Shown here piece after piece: positions 62,625 through 64,000 of a stretch of DNA of 64,000 nucleotides (position 1 is its first letter; every line of letters begins with the position of its first letter). The notes under the pieces were generated by a model that was given only the letters and a program-made list of their open reading frames with translations, had not been told where the DNA came from and did no database searches. The translations under genes were made by a program, and so were the position numbers. The DNA is from Hypanus sabinus (Eukaryota): NCBI RefSeq assembly GCF_030144855.1, contig NC_082716.1, positions 66,898,001-66,962,000 on the forward strand. Direction: 5' to 3'.

Positions 62625-63510
62625 TCCTGCTTTTTCAGAGTTCAAAGTAAATTTATTCTCATTTATTTTTTGTGGGCATACTCAATAAATCAACAGAATA
62701 ATAACCATAACAGAATCAATGAGTTAACGTCCAACATGAGCATTCAACCAGAGTGCAGAAGATAACAACTGTGCAGATACAAAAAGAAATAATAATGAAA
62801 AATAAATAAGCAATAAATACTGAGAACATGAGATGAAGAGTGTTTGAAAATGAGTGCACAGTTTATAGGAACATTTCAGTGATGGGGCAAGTGAAGTTAT
62901 CCCCTTTGGTTCAAGAGCATGGTGGTTAACAGGTAGTAACTGTTCCTGAACCTGGTAGTGTGAGTCCTAACACTCCTTTACCTTCTTCATGATGGCAACA
63001 GCAAGAAGGGAGCACTCTTGGGTGGTAAGGTCCCCAATGATGGATGCTGCTTTCTTGAGATGGTGTTTCATGTGGATGTGCTCAATGGTGGGGAGGGCTT
63101 TACCCATGATAAACTAGGCTGTATCCACTATTTTTAGTAGGATTTTCTGTTCAATGCATTGGTGCTTCCATACCAGGCTGGGATACAGTAATCACCACAC
63201 TCTCCACCACATATCTATAGAAGTTTGTCAAAGTTTTAGATGTCATGCTGAATCTCTGCAAACTCCAAGAGGTGTTGCTGTGCTTTCTTCATAATTGCAC
63301 TTGTGTGCTGGGCCCAGGACAGGTCCTCTGAAATGATAACACCGAGGAATTTAAAGTTGCTGACCCTCTTAACCTCTGATTCCCCCGATGAGGACTAGCT
63401 TATGGACTTATGCGTTTCTTCTCCTGAAGTCAATAATCAGCTCCTTGGTCTTGCTGACATTGAGTGAGAGGTTGTTGTTATGACACCACTCGGCCAGATT
63501 TTCAAACTCC
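62625..63510 (-). mobile_element. Rex1/Babar-type LINE 3' portion
   Basis: Reverse complement matches the 17400-18300 copy (NNLSLNVSKTKEL, NFYRYVVES). Confidence 0.75.
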
Positions 63511-64000
63511 CTTCAACCCTACATCTTCTGAATTACTCCCAGAAACTCCAACCACTGTTGCTCTACTGTCATTCCTGCTGGAGTCTGCTTCCATTCAACT
63601 TTGGCCAGCATCTCTCTCATGCCTTTAGTTCCCTTACTCAACTGTAATGCTGATATATCTGCTGTCTCTCCACCCCCCCCTCAAAATTTCCTTCTCTTTT
63701 AAGTTATCCATTCTTTCCGAGCTGTTGAAATTACCATGTAGTTTAAAGTCCTATTCTCAGCCCTAGTTTTGTGATTTGCCAGCTCACTGATCCCAGCATG
63801 GTTCAGGTAGAGCCCATACCATCTGAACTATTCCCTTTTATCCCCAATTCTGGTGTCATTTCCCCACAAATTCAAACCCACTTCTCCCACACCAATCTAT
63901 GGGCCCGATTTAGCTCTCTGATCTTAGAAATGCTGTGCCAATTTGCATGTGGCATGGGTCAATCGAGAGAATTCAGTGAACTCTGGTTGTTTGGGACACA

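Overview
Vertebrate genomic DNA, most likely an elasmobranch (ray or shark), inferred from the CR1, Rex1/Babar, Penelope and HE1-like V-SINE repeat content. It carries the conserved vertebrate gene block YIPF1(-) / DIO1(+) / IFT25-HSPB11(-) / LRRC42(+). I rebuilt complete spliced CDSs with GT-AG junctions in consistent phase for YIPF1 (8 coding exons, 310 aa), the selenoprotein DIO1 (4 exons, 246 aa, Sec TGA at 43047-43049) and IFT25 (5 exons, 140 aa). Only the first coding exon of LRRC42 is in the window. Introns are packed with nested TEs, including a full-length, decayed Gypsy LTR element (23679-31583). Most notable observations: (1) the only convincing DIO1 SECIS has well-formed helices but a non-canonical core (AUGA_AA_AA, with A at 48926 where the invariant G is expected); (2) the Gypsy element has a PNMA-like Gag and a reconstructable G GGA AAC plus pseudoknot -1 frameshift cassette of the PNMA3/PEG10 type; (3) the DIO1 and IFT25 poly(A) signals interdigitate next to the SECIS; (4) two inverted CR1 copies share the same disabling lesions. 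TE boundaries without a TIR or TSD are approximate. All homology calls are from recall of the families, not from database searches.
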